Source: Octopus sinensis (lineage: Eukaryota). From it: a stretch of 64,000 bases of DNA. Every line of letters starts with the position of its first letter. Positions within the stretch are counted from its first letter, which is position 1. Under the pieces are notes generated by a model that had not been told where the DNA came from, did no database searches, and worked only from the letters and a program-made list of their open reading frames with translations. Below are positions 11,617 to 22,818 of the stretch, piece after piece. Position numbers and translations under genes: made by a program. The stretch covers positions 14,707-78,706 of the forward strand of contig NW_021833226.1 of NCBI RefSeq assembly GCF_006345805.1. The letters run 5' to 3'.

Positions 11617-11885
11617 TTGTGTGTGCGTGCGTTTGTGTGCGTGGGTGTGTATGTGTATTCGTGTGTGTGCGTGTGTGTGTGTATGTGTATGTGTGTGTGA
11701 GTGTGTGTTTGTGTGTATGTGTATGTGTGTGTGTGTGTTGTGTGTGTGTGTATGTGTGCGTGCGTGTGTGTGTGTGTCTGCGTGTGTGTGTATGTGTGTG
11801 TGTGTGTGTGTGCGTGCGTGTGTGTGTATGTGTGTTCGTGTGTGTGTGTGTATGTATGTGTATGTGTGTGTGTATGTGCGTGTGC
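11328..11885. repeat. Compound (TG)n/(TGCG)/(TGTA) microsatellite, about 560 bp
   Basis: Alternating purine-pyrimidine array with recurring GTGTGGGTGTGTGTGCGTGTACGTG sub-units. Confidence 0.97.
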
Positions 11886-12314
11886 AACACATTATCTATT
11901 GGAGTACCTAAAACTCTGTTGGTGCATCACGACTGTTTTGTTTTGTTGTGGGATGTGGCTTCTTGTTTCTACTGTTATTTTAGTGTCCAATTATTTCTTT
12001 TATTAGAACATGTGTAACGCGGGTCATGCTATTTGGTTAGGTGGTATTTGTGACTTGTTCGTATTTTGTGATTGGTGCTAAGTGATTTGACGCCAGCACT
12101 TTGCATCAAGCTGCACGTCGACCTGCAGACTCTCAATGGGTCGCATTGCTCACATGCATGTTGCCAGGGCGGTGGGGACGCACTTATTTTTAAACCCATG
12201 TTTACAACAAAGATTTCCCTCATATCAGTTCTTTGTTATTAAGCAAATATCTTTTATAACCCTTTATTTGCTCATCAATAATTCTATTTTTTAAAATTAA
12301 ATTATTACTCTTTT

Positions 12315-12951
12315 TTTTTTTACTCTTTTACTTGTTTCAGTCATTTGACTGCGGCCATGCTGGAGCACCGCCTTTAATCGAGCAACTCGACCCCTGGACT
12401 TATTCTTTTGTAATCCCAGTACTTATTCTATCGGTCTATTTTGCCGAACCGCTAAGTGACGGGGACGTAAACACACCAGCATCGGTTGTCAAGCAACGCT
12501 AGGGGGACAAACACAGACACACAAACATACACGCACACACATATATATATACATATATACGACGGGCTTCTTTCAGTTTCCGTCTACCAAATCCACTCAC
12601 AAGGCATTGGTTGGCCCGAGGCTATAGTAGAAGACACGCAGTGGAACTGAACCCGGAACCATGTGGTTGGTTAGCAAGCTTTTTTTTAAAGTTCCCATTT
12701 TTAGGCCTTTAGCTACTTCACTTACGGGCCGCAGACACACAAACATACACGCACACACATATATATATACATATATACGACGGGCTTCTTTCAGTTTCCG
12801 TCTACCAAATCCACTCACAAGGCATTGGTTGGCCCGAGGCTATAGTAGAAGACACGCAGTGGAACTGAACCCGGAACCATGTGGTTGGTTAGCAAGCTTT
12901 TTTTTAAAGTTCCCATTTTTAGGCCTTTAGCTACTTCACTTACGGGCCGCA
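12315..12951 (-). mobile_element. Family B SINE whose 5' half plus flank is tandemly duplicated (218 bp x2)
   Basis: Family B body at 12315-12680; 12514-12731 is repeated at 12732-12949. Confidence 0.88.
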
Positions 12952-12996
12952 CTTGTGTTAGAAAAGGGCCGCTTGTTTGACACGCTTGGTGCAGAG

Positions 12997-13322
12997 CAAT
13001 GTTTCTCAACCATTTTTGTTCCACAGCTCACTTCGATTTTCCAAAATAAATAAATAAATGAATAGATAGATAAATAAATAAAAAAGAAAGACAAAAAAAC
13101 ATGTGGTCCCCACTATGAATGGACATGGAAATCACACGACTATGATAAAAAAATTCTTTTTTTTTTTTTAAATTCTACAAAATTAAAAAAAAAGTTTTTC
13201 TAATTTTCCGAATTGTTTTTTTTTAAATCACACTTTAAAATACGGACAGTCCTAAATTTTAGCTTAAATTCTGCAATGGACTACCAAATGTGTTTATGGG
13301 GTGAAAGATTGAAGAACAATAT
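12997..13322. mobile_element. Possible degenerate hAT-type MITE
   Basis: Left end CAATGTTTCTCAACC resembles CAGTGGTTCTCAACC hAT termini; the right end (GATTGAAGAACAAT) matches only weakly. Confidence 0.3.
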
Positions 13323-13734
13323 GTCAGACTGACAAACAAACAAACAAACTAGGAGGGCACGAGGTGGTCGTGACATGTGCTAAAAACAACAGCTAAGTAG
13401 CCCTTAAATCCCGCACCAAAAATGTCTTTTTTTGGTTTATCGTATGAATTCCCGAGTATAGACCACAAATTCGCAAACATCTTCTGAAAATTATAAAAAA
13501 TAAAAAAAGGTATGCGGGGTTATATGAGGTGCTTAAATCAGGAATTCCGCCCTGGTTTTAATTAAAACATTATTGTAAGTTTTATTCCCTTGTTCTTGTT
13601 TTCATTATGTTTAAGTTCTGAAGTCCCTCACCCCACCCAAATATTGCCATGCCCCACCGGTAGGGCTTGTACCTCATCTTAAGAAACACTGGTGTAGAAA
13701 TATGGTGTATTGATTGCTGGTTGACAATTCTTTT

Positions 13735-13905
13735 CTACAATAGGCACAAGGCCCGAAATTTTGGGGGAGGGGGCCAGTCGATTAGATCGACCCCATTATG
13801 CAACTGGTGCTTAATTTATCGACCCCGAAAGGATGAAAGGCAAAGTCGACCTCGGCAGAATTTGAACTCAGAACGTAACAGCAGACGAAATATCTATTTC
13901 TTTAT
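13735..13905 (-). mobile_element. Family A SINE body (variant tail)
   Basis: TTTATCGACCCCGAAAGGATGAAAGGCAAAGTCGACCTCGGCAGAATTTGAACTCAGAACG followed by the unit junction. Confidence 0.85.
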
Positions 13906-13911
13906 GTAATC

Positions 13912-14090
13912 AACTTAATCCGTTTGTCTGTCCTTGTTTGTCCTCTCTGTGTTTAGCCCCTTGTGGGTAGTAAAGAAATAGGTATTTCGTCTACCGTTAT
14001 GTTCTGAGTTCAAATTCCGGCGAGGTCGACTTTTTCTTCCATCCTTTTGGGGTTGATATAATAAATATGAATTGAGTACTGGGGTCGAGG
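13912..14090 (+). mobile_element. Family A SINE, circularly permuted body in opposite orientation to the preceding copy
   Basis: Tail (TTTGTCTGTCCTTGTTTGTCC...AAAGAAATAG) followed directly by GTATTTCGTC...GAGTTCAAATTCC. Confidence 0.85.
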
Positions 14091-14149
14091 TACATACCCA
14101 GACACACACACACACAAACATACACACACACAAATACGCACACACACAC

Positions 14150-14151
14150 GC

Positions 14152-14198
<47 letters not shown>

Positions 14199-14358
14199 CG
14201 ACGGGCTTCTTACAGTTTCCGTCTACCAAATCCACTCACAAGGCTTTGGTCGGTCCGAAGCTATAGTAGAAGACACTTGACCAAGGTGTCACGCAATGGG
14301 ACTGAACCCGGAACCATGTGGTTGGGAAGCAAGCTTCTTACCACACAGCCACGTCTAC
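14150..14358 (-). mobile_element. Family B SINE, 5' half
   Basis: GACGGGCTTCTTACAGTTTCCGTCTACCAAATCCACTCACAAGG...GGACTGAACCCGGAACCATGTGGTTGG. Confidence 0.88.
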
Positions 14359-15065
14359 GCTTAATTATTATTTAAAAAAATAAAATCTAAAACCAAATCA
14401 AATCAAGCGCATTTTTCAAAATCGAATTTTATAATAATTACCGGTTATAAACGATTATAAGTTTACCGTTCACTTTGATCCAATTCAAATTGCTTCACTT
14501 TGTCGCCATCTTTTAGCATTCGAAAAGTTATTAGTTTATTTTACGACAAAAATAATTGTAGGTTCTAGTTTTCATTATGTTTAAGTTTATTCATAATTAA
14601 TAATGCATACCATTCGTTAATTATTGTGTAGTTTCTCATTTGTATTTCCCCAGTTTATGTCTAGTAAAGTTGAGGCCGTTTCTCACTTTGCTACAGTTTC
14701 TCCATCACATCGAGACCCAACGGCCAAGCGGCGCTTTGTTGGTTCGGCTCCGCTCACCAGCACTGGATACCATCCACGACAAGGATTCTTAAATCTTGAC
14801 AGTCCAACTCATCTTACTGTCAGTAATTAGCGCGTTAGCACAGTTCATCTAGCTGTAACCAGGTACCACATATGACATCAATGTTATAGTTTACTGTACT
14901 TTGTCTATTCCATAACAAGACTTTTAACAGTCAAAGTCCAATCTACACAGATATAAGTTGAAACCACAGAGTGGTATAGTTCCTGGCACTGTGTGCAGAG
15001 TGAAGTATGATTGAAAAAAGAAAAACAGGATGGTTGTGGCTGGAATGCCCTTGATTATATTATTA

Positions 15066-15106
<41 letters not shown>

Positions 15107-15534
15107 TTATTATTATTATTATTATGTTTTTTTCCTTCTTTCTTCAAATTTTCTTCCGTTTCTCGCCGAGTGTTTTCCATACACCTAGGGCAGAGAAGCT
15201 CATTGTATGCATTCCCAGATTACACGCGCAAATTCACAGATAAAATATGTATTTAAAAATTAATAAATAAATGAATTCATGGATGGATGTTATTTTCACA
15301 GCGATAGTGCACTTCTCAGTACATGAACCGTTCCAGTTAATACGATTTTTTGCACTTCCTGTACGGATGGTAAGCCTGGTATCATTTTCAAATAGGTTTC
15401 AGTACATTTTTCTATCATTCCTAGAAATCCTACAATCACTATCATTCCTTGAGATCCTACAATCACTGATTGTAGGATCTCTAGGAATGATTGTGATTAT
15501 TATTATTATTATTATATTATTATTATTATTATTA

Positions 15535-15567
<33 letters not shown>

Positions 15568-15699
15568 GACCGGGTTCCAATCCGGGCTGCAGCAACATAG
15601 CCCTCCACCTGCTACACCCCTCGGTCCAACATCACTGCCTCGAGGTTCTGGATACCTTCCAGGGGCCGGTGTCCGTGACCAAGTTGTCGATGTAAGAGT

Positions 15700-16060
15700 G
15701 TCGCTTTCCTCTTCTTACTTCGCAGCTGACATAACACTCCTTCCTCTCTGATGAAACAGCTCAAGCGCATCGGCTGCTCAGCAGAGTGGAAAAAAAAACA
15801 TCAGCTGCCAAAACTGGACTGCAACACAAATGTCAAGAGAAACCGAATATGACGACTTTCAACCGATCAAGTGATGCTGAACTGTTTGCTTCGATTGGTT
15901 CCGAATTGAATATTGTACTTGAATAACTTCAAGTGTTTCGCTTGCTTGGGTGAGCGAGTTCGGAAGCAGACATCAAGATCAGAAAGTCACAGGCATGAAA
16001 GGCCTGTCAGAAAGTTTGGAAAGAAAAGTCTGGAACTCCGTGTTCGTAAATCTACTCAAT
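15700..16060 (+). mobile_element. Degenerate RTE-clade LINE reverse-transcriptase fragment
   Basis: LTFAADITLL (degenerate FADD motif), then SDETAQAHRLLSRVEK, TTFNRSSDAELFAS and SEADIKIRKSQA*KAC, with frameshifts and stops. Confidence 0.75.
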
Positions 16061-16469
16061 CAGGACTAACTTAGGTATAAACAACAACAACAACAACAAC
16101 AACAACTACAACTACAACAACAACAACAACAACAGCAACAGCAGCAGAAGCAGCAGCAACAAGACGTTGACGACGACAAGAACATCTGCAGATATCCGAA
16201 AGTTCAATCAAAAAAGTCTCCTCTCGATCGTTCAGTCGGCTGGAAATTGCAGCCAAATCTTTTCGAAATCCCACCATAATGTCTTAAGAAAAGGGGGACA
16301 ACCTGAACAGTAGTGGGAAGTAGTGCTCCTCCTCCTCCTCACCCTCCCACATCCCCCCGCATCCTCCTCCTTCTCCTCCTCCTCATCATCACCCTCCCAC
16401 ATCACCCCTCCCCTCCCCTCCCTCCTCCTCCTCCTTCTTCGTCTTCTACTTCTTCTTCTTCACCTTCTT

Positions 16470-16500
<31 letters not shown>

Positions 16501-16539
16501 TTATTATTATTATTATTATTATATTGAGAGAGAGAGAGA

Positions 16540-17012
16540 GAGCAGTTCATGCCATCAAAGTGACACTGGGGTAAAATATACGAAGCCCAGTATATCCATC
16601 TTGGCTACCCGTCTGATAAGGGTGCATCAGGCACATGCATCACAACCATATGTGCGCGACATAGTGGTCTCACATCAAGATAAATAGCGCATGATCTTGC
16701 AGGTGGGGCTCAGTTAGAATTTTTTCTGGTCGAGTAACCCATTCCACTCAAAAGGTCCGCAATAAGGATTGTTTAAGGATGTTGAACGAACCACCCCTGT
16801 TTCCAAGGGTGAATTATCCAAACCCCAAAGAATTCCTCTCAAGACATGGCTATGATGCTCCCTCACTACTTCTGCTCGTGATCAGAGATGCACATATCGT
16901 AAGCCACTAAGGGAAATGCTCAAATGGTTATGGTCAAACAACTGACAAGCAAATCTGTGGTATTGAGCAGAATATTTGCTGTAGCCCATCTTTTATACCA
17001 AGACAAAACAAT
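16540..17012 (-). mobile_element. Family E interspersed repeat, second copy
   Basis: Aligns along its length with 10515-10982. Confidence 0.75.
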
Positions 17013-17034
17013 GTTCATGATAGCAGGACGAGGT

Positions 17035-17190
17035 GGTAAATCGATTACATCAATCGGTACTTATTTTATCGATACCGAAAGGATGAGAGGGAAAATCGAC
17101 CTTGGCGGAATTTGAACTAAGAAATACTGCTAAGCCTTTTGCTAAGCATTTTGCCTGGCGTGCTAATGATTCTGCCAGTTTGCCGCCTTA
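17035..17190 (-). mobile_element. Degraded family A SINE
   Basis: GTCGACCT-like/GGCGGAATTTGAACT...GCATTTTGCCTGGCGTGCTAATGATTCTGCCAG. Confidence 0.75.
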
Positions 17191-17484
17191 CGTCCTATTT
17201 ATGTTGAAAGTCATTTCCGCACTTAGCAACTGTCAGGCTTTTACGACAATTTTATGTCCGAGGTTAAGTGTTTTTTATGTTTTATCTTTTACCTGCTTGG
17301 GTCACATGATGGCGGTCATATGACACCAGGTCAAATTGACCTCAAGACTTATTCTTTTAGGGTAAATACACCAATACCGGTTGTCTTCTATAAACAACCT
17401 TGCCTAGGACTTGTGCTTCGTAGGGGAACATTCTAGGTGCAATTCCATGGCCATTCATGACCGAAGGAGGTCTTTACTATATAT

Positions 17485-17541
<57 letters not shown>

Positions 17542-17547
17542 AGTTCA

Positions 17548-17800
17548 GCAAAATTTAGATTCAGATGAATATGTACTTAATTTAAAGGCACCAGAATTTG
17601 GTATGGTATTATCCAAAATATCCTTGTTGCTGCAAAATTTAGATTCAGATGAATATGGTACTTAATTTAAAGGCACCAGAATTGGTATGGTATTATCCAA
17701 AATATCCTTGTTGCTGCAAAATTTAGATTCAGATGAATATGGTACTTAATTTAAAGGCACCAGAATTTGGTATGGTATTATCCAAAATATCCTTGTTGCT
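17548..17800. repeat. 84-85-bp tandem repeat x3 between (TA)n tracts
   Basis: GCAAAATTTAGATTCAGATGAAT starts at 17548, 17632 and 17716. Confidence 0.92.
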
Positions 17801-18040
17801 TATTTTGATTATATATATATATATAATATATAATATTATATATATATATATAATATATATATATAGTACAAAGTAAGATAGGAGTTATGAAGGTAACCCA
17901 CTATGGGATATCAGTTATCCAATATACTGTTGGTAAAGTACCCAAATACTAAATACATAAATGCTTATAATTGCAATGCAATTAATTCATTTATTGGATT
18001 GAATGGGTGAAGGTAAAAAATATTTTACCGTAAATTCATA

Positions 18041-18246
18041 ATACAAATAAGAAAATGGAGAAACAAATTCATTTCGATCATCAACTTACGGATATTACCA
18101 TTTTTTATTATTAATTTGCATATTGATGTATATTGTTTTGTTCGATTTTCATGTTCCTATTTGTATAATTAATAAATAATATGAAATGGTAATATCCGTA
18201 AGTTGATGATCGAAATGAATTTGTTCCTCCATTTTCTTATTTGTAT
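18041..18246. repeat. 63-bp inverted repeat (1 mismatch) with an 80-nt spacer
   Basis: 18041-18103 is the reverse complement of 18184-18246 except for one base. Confidence 0.93.
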
Positions 18247-18267
18247 ATATATATATTATATATATAT

Positions 18268-18299
<32 letters not shown>

Positions 18300-18314
18300 A
18301 TATAATATAATATA

Positions 18315-18700
18315 CTAGCAGTATCGCCCGGCGTTGCTCCGTTTGTTTCGACCCTTTAGAATTGGAATTTTTGAAAAGTAAAAATTCTGCATTATGTAGC
18401 ATATTATTCTCTTTAAGTGAACATTTTTCTGGTTGAAATACACCGAAAAATGTTGACACAGCAGTCAAAAAATCGTAAAAAATAGTGATTTTCATAGAAA
18501 AAAAAGCACCTTTTTGATGTAAATAATTTTTGGTGTTAACACGGTCCAATTTGAATTTTTTCTTCTACGGAAGGAAGAGCAAGCCTTCTTCTATCATACT
18601 CTCAATTTTGGTCAACTTGTGCTGCAGGGTCTCGGAGGAGATAGTGTTAGTTGAAGGCTACCAAACCTGCCATACACAGATAACTCCAGCTTTATATATA
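18315..18700 (-). mobile_element. Non-autonomous Helitron
   Basis: Minus strand ends ...GAGCAACGCCGGGCGATACTG-CTAG|T, nearly identical to the 3' end at 42451-42476. The 5' end runs into (TA)n as ATATATAAAGCTGGAG; a 5' TC could not be located. Confidence 0.8.
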
Positions 18701-18912
18701 TATATAAATATAAATATATATATATATATCCCAGCGTTCACTATTTTCCTCCCGTTCTGGTCTATCGGTCCTTCGTGTTTGTTTCCATTCGCTTTCCTTG
18801 TATGTTTCCATTGTCCTTTTTTCCATTTTCCCTCTCTTCTTTGCATATGTAACTCGTTTCTTTTCGTACTTCATATTGTTTACACAGTTATAATGTCCTG
18901 TACCCATATACG

Positions 18913-18987
<75 letters not shown>

Positions 18988-19345
18988 TGACGTCCTGGTT
19001 TTGTTTTTATCCTTACCATTATTTTTTACGTATTTGTATTCTTATTCGTGCTTTCTTTATTGTTTTTACGTTTTTTTGTATTTTTATTCGTGTAACATCG
19101 TCCGTTTTCCGTCCTTGTGTTGTATACATTCGAGGCTTTCTTCCAAGGGATCTAATGCGCTTGGCTTAGATTTCCCTTGGCGGCTGCCCAGATCGGAGCA
19201 ATCTCAAGATTAATCAGCCGAAATTGCGAAGATGATCCGGTTCTTGACTGATGATTGAGGGCTTCGAATGTCCCGTCCTGTGTTTCTTGTGTCGTCTTCT
19301 AAATGTTTCACGTTCTTGTCCCAGTTTGTATATTTTTTTTACTTT

Positions 19346-19390
<45 letters not shown>

Positions 19391-19399
19391 TTGTTTATA

Positions 19400-19431
<32 letters not shown>

Positions 19432-19784
19432 GAATACATGCACATACACGTATACACACACACACACACACACACATATATACACACACACATATATACA
19501 CACACACATATATATATGGTTGGTAAGCAAGCTTCTTAATACACAGCCACTCCTGCGCCTATTTTATGTTTTATTTTCTACTTGTTTCACCCACTGGATA
19601 GCGGCCATGTTGGAGCACCGCCTCGAAAGATTTTGGCTGAATAAATCGACCACAGTTCTAATTTTAAAGTCTGGTACTTATTGTATTGGTCTCTTTTGCC
19701 GAGCCGCTAGGTTGCGGGACGTAACAAAGCATAACCAGTTGCCAAGTGGTGAGGGAAAGAGAGGGTAAAAACAAAAATTAAGAT

Positions 19785-19800
19785 GCACACATACAACACA

Positions 19801-19837
<37 letters not shown>

Positions 19838-20240
19838 TACACACCACACACACACCACACACTCACACACTCACTACATATACAGGCATACACACACACT
19901 ACACACACACAACACATACACGCATTCACATACACCACAAATACACACACGCACCACACACACACCACACACACATACACACACCACACACACACACACA
20001 CCACACACATCACATACAAGCATACACACGCTGCGCACACACACGCGCACCTCACACACGCACACTCACACACATGCCACGCATACACACACAGACACGC
20101 GACACATACACACATACACACCACACACACTACACACAAAACACCACACACTCACACACACACCACACATACATAGACACACTCACACACTACAGACACA
20201 CACATACACACACCACACACACACACGCACACACACACAA
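19785..20240. repeat. Degenerate (CA)n-rich low-complexity tract
   Basis: Directly visible. Confidence 0.95.
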
Positions 20241-20394
20241 CGGCTTTCGACAATGTGTCTATCACTGGTACAGAACACTTGCCCAAGGTGCCGCGCAGTG
20301 GGATTGAACCCGAGACTAAGTGGTTGCAATGTGATCTTCTTAATTACAAAGATATGCTTACGTCTGCGGAATAATGGCTCGTGTTACTGTTGTT

Positions 20395-20531
20395 GTTCTT
20401 GATGATGATGATGAGGATGACGACGACGACGACGACGTTGATGATGATAATGGTGGTATTGGTGGCGGCGATGATAATGATGAGGATGGTTGTGGTGGTA
20501 GTGGTGGTGGTGGTGGCGATGGTGTGGATGT

Positions 20532-20575
<44 letters not shown>

Positions 20576-20902
20576 ATGATGATGCTGTTGATGATGGTAT
20601 TGCTGCTGTTATTGATGATGATGTTTATGATAATAATGATGATGATGACGACGACGTTGATGATGATAATGATGAGGATGGTTGTGGTGGTAGTGGTGGT
20701 GTGGATGATGATGATGATAATGATGATGATGATGATGATGTTGATGATGACGATGATGATGATGATGTTGATGATGATGATGATGACGATGATGATGATG
20801 ATGATGTTGATGATGATGATGTTGTTGTTGATGATGATGATTATGACGATAATGACGATGATGACGATGACAACGATGATGATGATGATGAAAATGATGA
20901 TC
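20395..20902. repeat. (GAT)n/(GAC)n/(GGT)n compound trinucleotide tract
   Basis: Directly visible; contains an internal duplication of GATAATGATGAGGATGGTTGTGGTGGTAGTGGTGGT. Confidence 0.95.
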
Positions 20903-21972
20903 TAAAAAGATGCTTGTATTCACAACCCGTCCTCCTCCTCCTCCACCCCCCACCTTACCTGTCTGTCACAAATGATAAACGTCATCTACGTCCCACCTCA
21001 CCAATCGTTGACACGGCAAACTAGCGTTGCTATAGACACCTATTGATTTCTTCATACTCCTGCTTTTAGAAATTAAATATATATTTCACCACCACCATCT
21101 CCACCACAACCACCACCACCACCACCACCAACAACAACAACAACTTCATCCTCGACAACAACAACAAAAAGTAAAAGCAAAAACGTCAACAAGCTTAGTA
21201 ACAGCAACAACAACAACAACAGCTCCAATAACAAAAAAACACCAACAATAATCACAGAATGACAACAACGTTGACACGAAACACCTTTTCTAATGTCAAA
21301 ACCGATTTGATCACTGCGTGGAAGGGTGTGCATAACTGTGGTGTGTGTGTGTGTGTGTTTGTTTGTGTATTTGTGTGTGTGTGTGTGTTGTGTGTGTGTG
21401 TGTGTGTGTGTGTGCAAGGTTATGCATAATAACGAAAAATTATGAATATATTTATATATATTTCACCATCTTATCACATACATACTTACATGCATATATA
21501 CATACATTTTGGTAACATGAACAGCGTCAAGAGACAATTAGACCTTGTTACAACATTCTTACGAGACATGGGGATGAAGTGTGGGCGAGACAAATGTTGA
21601 TTACATGAAAGTCAACCGAGGAAAGATTGTCGACCAGACAGAGAACATGTACATCAATGGCGTGTCTTGTCTGTTTCTTCTATCTCTAATGGTGAAAATT
21701 ACAAGTATTTCGTAATCGATAAGAATGTGACATTCGTTTGTGCTGTGACTAAAGCCAGAATAGCAGAAGTGTAAATCTGTAGACTCTGGGAAATATGGAA
21801 CTCGCGGTTGTTTGCGTTTAACAAGACCATATCTCACAATGCTTTTGCAGTGCCAATGCTAGTACTAACATTTGGGGTACTGGACTGGACACTTGACGGG
21901 ATCCGCAGCCTGGAGATCAAAATTAGAAAAATGCACTGATCACCACCGGCAACTTCTACATCAACAGAGACA

Positions 21973-22128
21973 TTTTTCATTTTCGTTATTTTTCATTTGT
22001 CCAGCTCGCTTACGTTCTTGGTGTATTGAAGTAATTCTTGAGAACAATTCTTTGGTGGTGGATTCCCTTTGCGGATCTATATCTAGCATAAGAGCGTCCA
22101 CATAGTGGATTCTCTCTTATCGTTGTGT
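21973..22128 (-). mobile_element. 156-bp insertion with a 13-bp TSD inside the LINE
   Basis: ATCAACAGAGACA at 21960-21972 and 22129-22141; T-rich left end (A-rich 3' end on the minus strand). Confidence 0.8.
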
Positions 22129-22431
22129 ATCAACAGAGACACCGATAGAAGCTGTGTGAAACGAAAAGATGGCGGTACAGGAATAAGGTCAGCCCAAACA
22201 GCCTTTGACTGTATCATTCAGACAACACAGGCAGAACAGTAAAGAAAAAAATGAGTATATTACATACGTACTCGAAAGTGAGAACAACAGCAACATCTTT
22301 AGGGTTGGAAGTAGAACTCCCAAGCAAATACTCTGAGAATAAAACTGTCTCGTCTCATGCAACGCAAAGGAGGCTGGACTGGCCTACATTAAAGGAAACT
22401 TGGAGGAGAAGCAGGTATCATACCAGCAAAA

Positions 22432-22818
22432 TGGATGGAGCACTCCGTCGGTTGCAACGATGAGGGTCCCAGCTGATACGATCAACGGAACAGCCTGCTC
22501 GTGAAATTAACGTGTAAGTGGCTGAGCACTCCACAAACACGTGTACCCTTAACGTAGTTCTCGAGGAGATTCAGCGTGACACAGTGTGTGACAAGGCTGG
22601 CCCTTTGAAATACAGGTACAACAGAAACAGGAAGAAAGAGTGAGAGAAAGTTGTGGTGAAAGAGTACAACAGGGGTCTCCACCACCCCCTGCCGGAGCCT
22701 CGTGGAGCTTTAGGTGTTTTCGCTCAATAAACACTCACAATGCCCGGTCTGGGAATCGAAACCGCGATCCTCCGACCGCGAGTCCGCTGCCCTAACCACT
22801 GGGCCATTGCACCCCCAC
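22432..22818 (-). mobile_element. Family C tRNA-SINE inserted in the LINE
   Basis: Head GCAATGGCCCAGTGGTTAGGGCAGCGG and tail GCAACCGACGGAGTGCTCC (minus strand); TSD ACCAGCAAAA at 22422-22431 and 22819-22828. Confidence 0.92.

Noticed and set aside
18005-18040. GGTAAAA/TTTTACC hairpin as a hammerhead helix II
   Set aside because: Flanks read GGTGAA and GTAAA rather than CUGANGA and GAAA; no helix III or cleavage triplet.
19250-19285. CTGATGA followed by GAA in an interspersed repeat
   Set aside because: No helix II pairing and no GAAA or helix I complement.
20374-21024. 216-aa Asp-rich ORF
   Set aside because: (GAT)n microsatellite; similar tracts occur elsewhere in the window in non-coding context.
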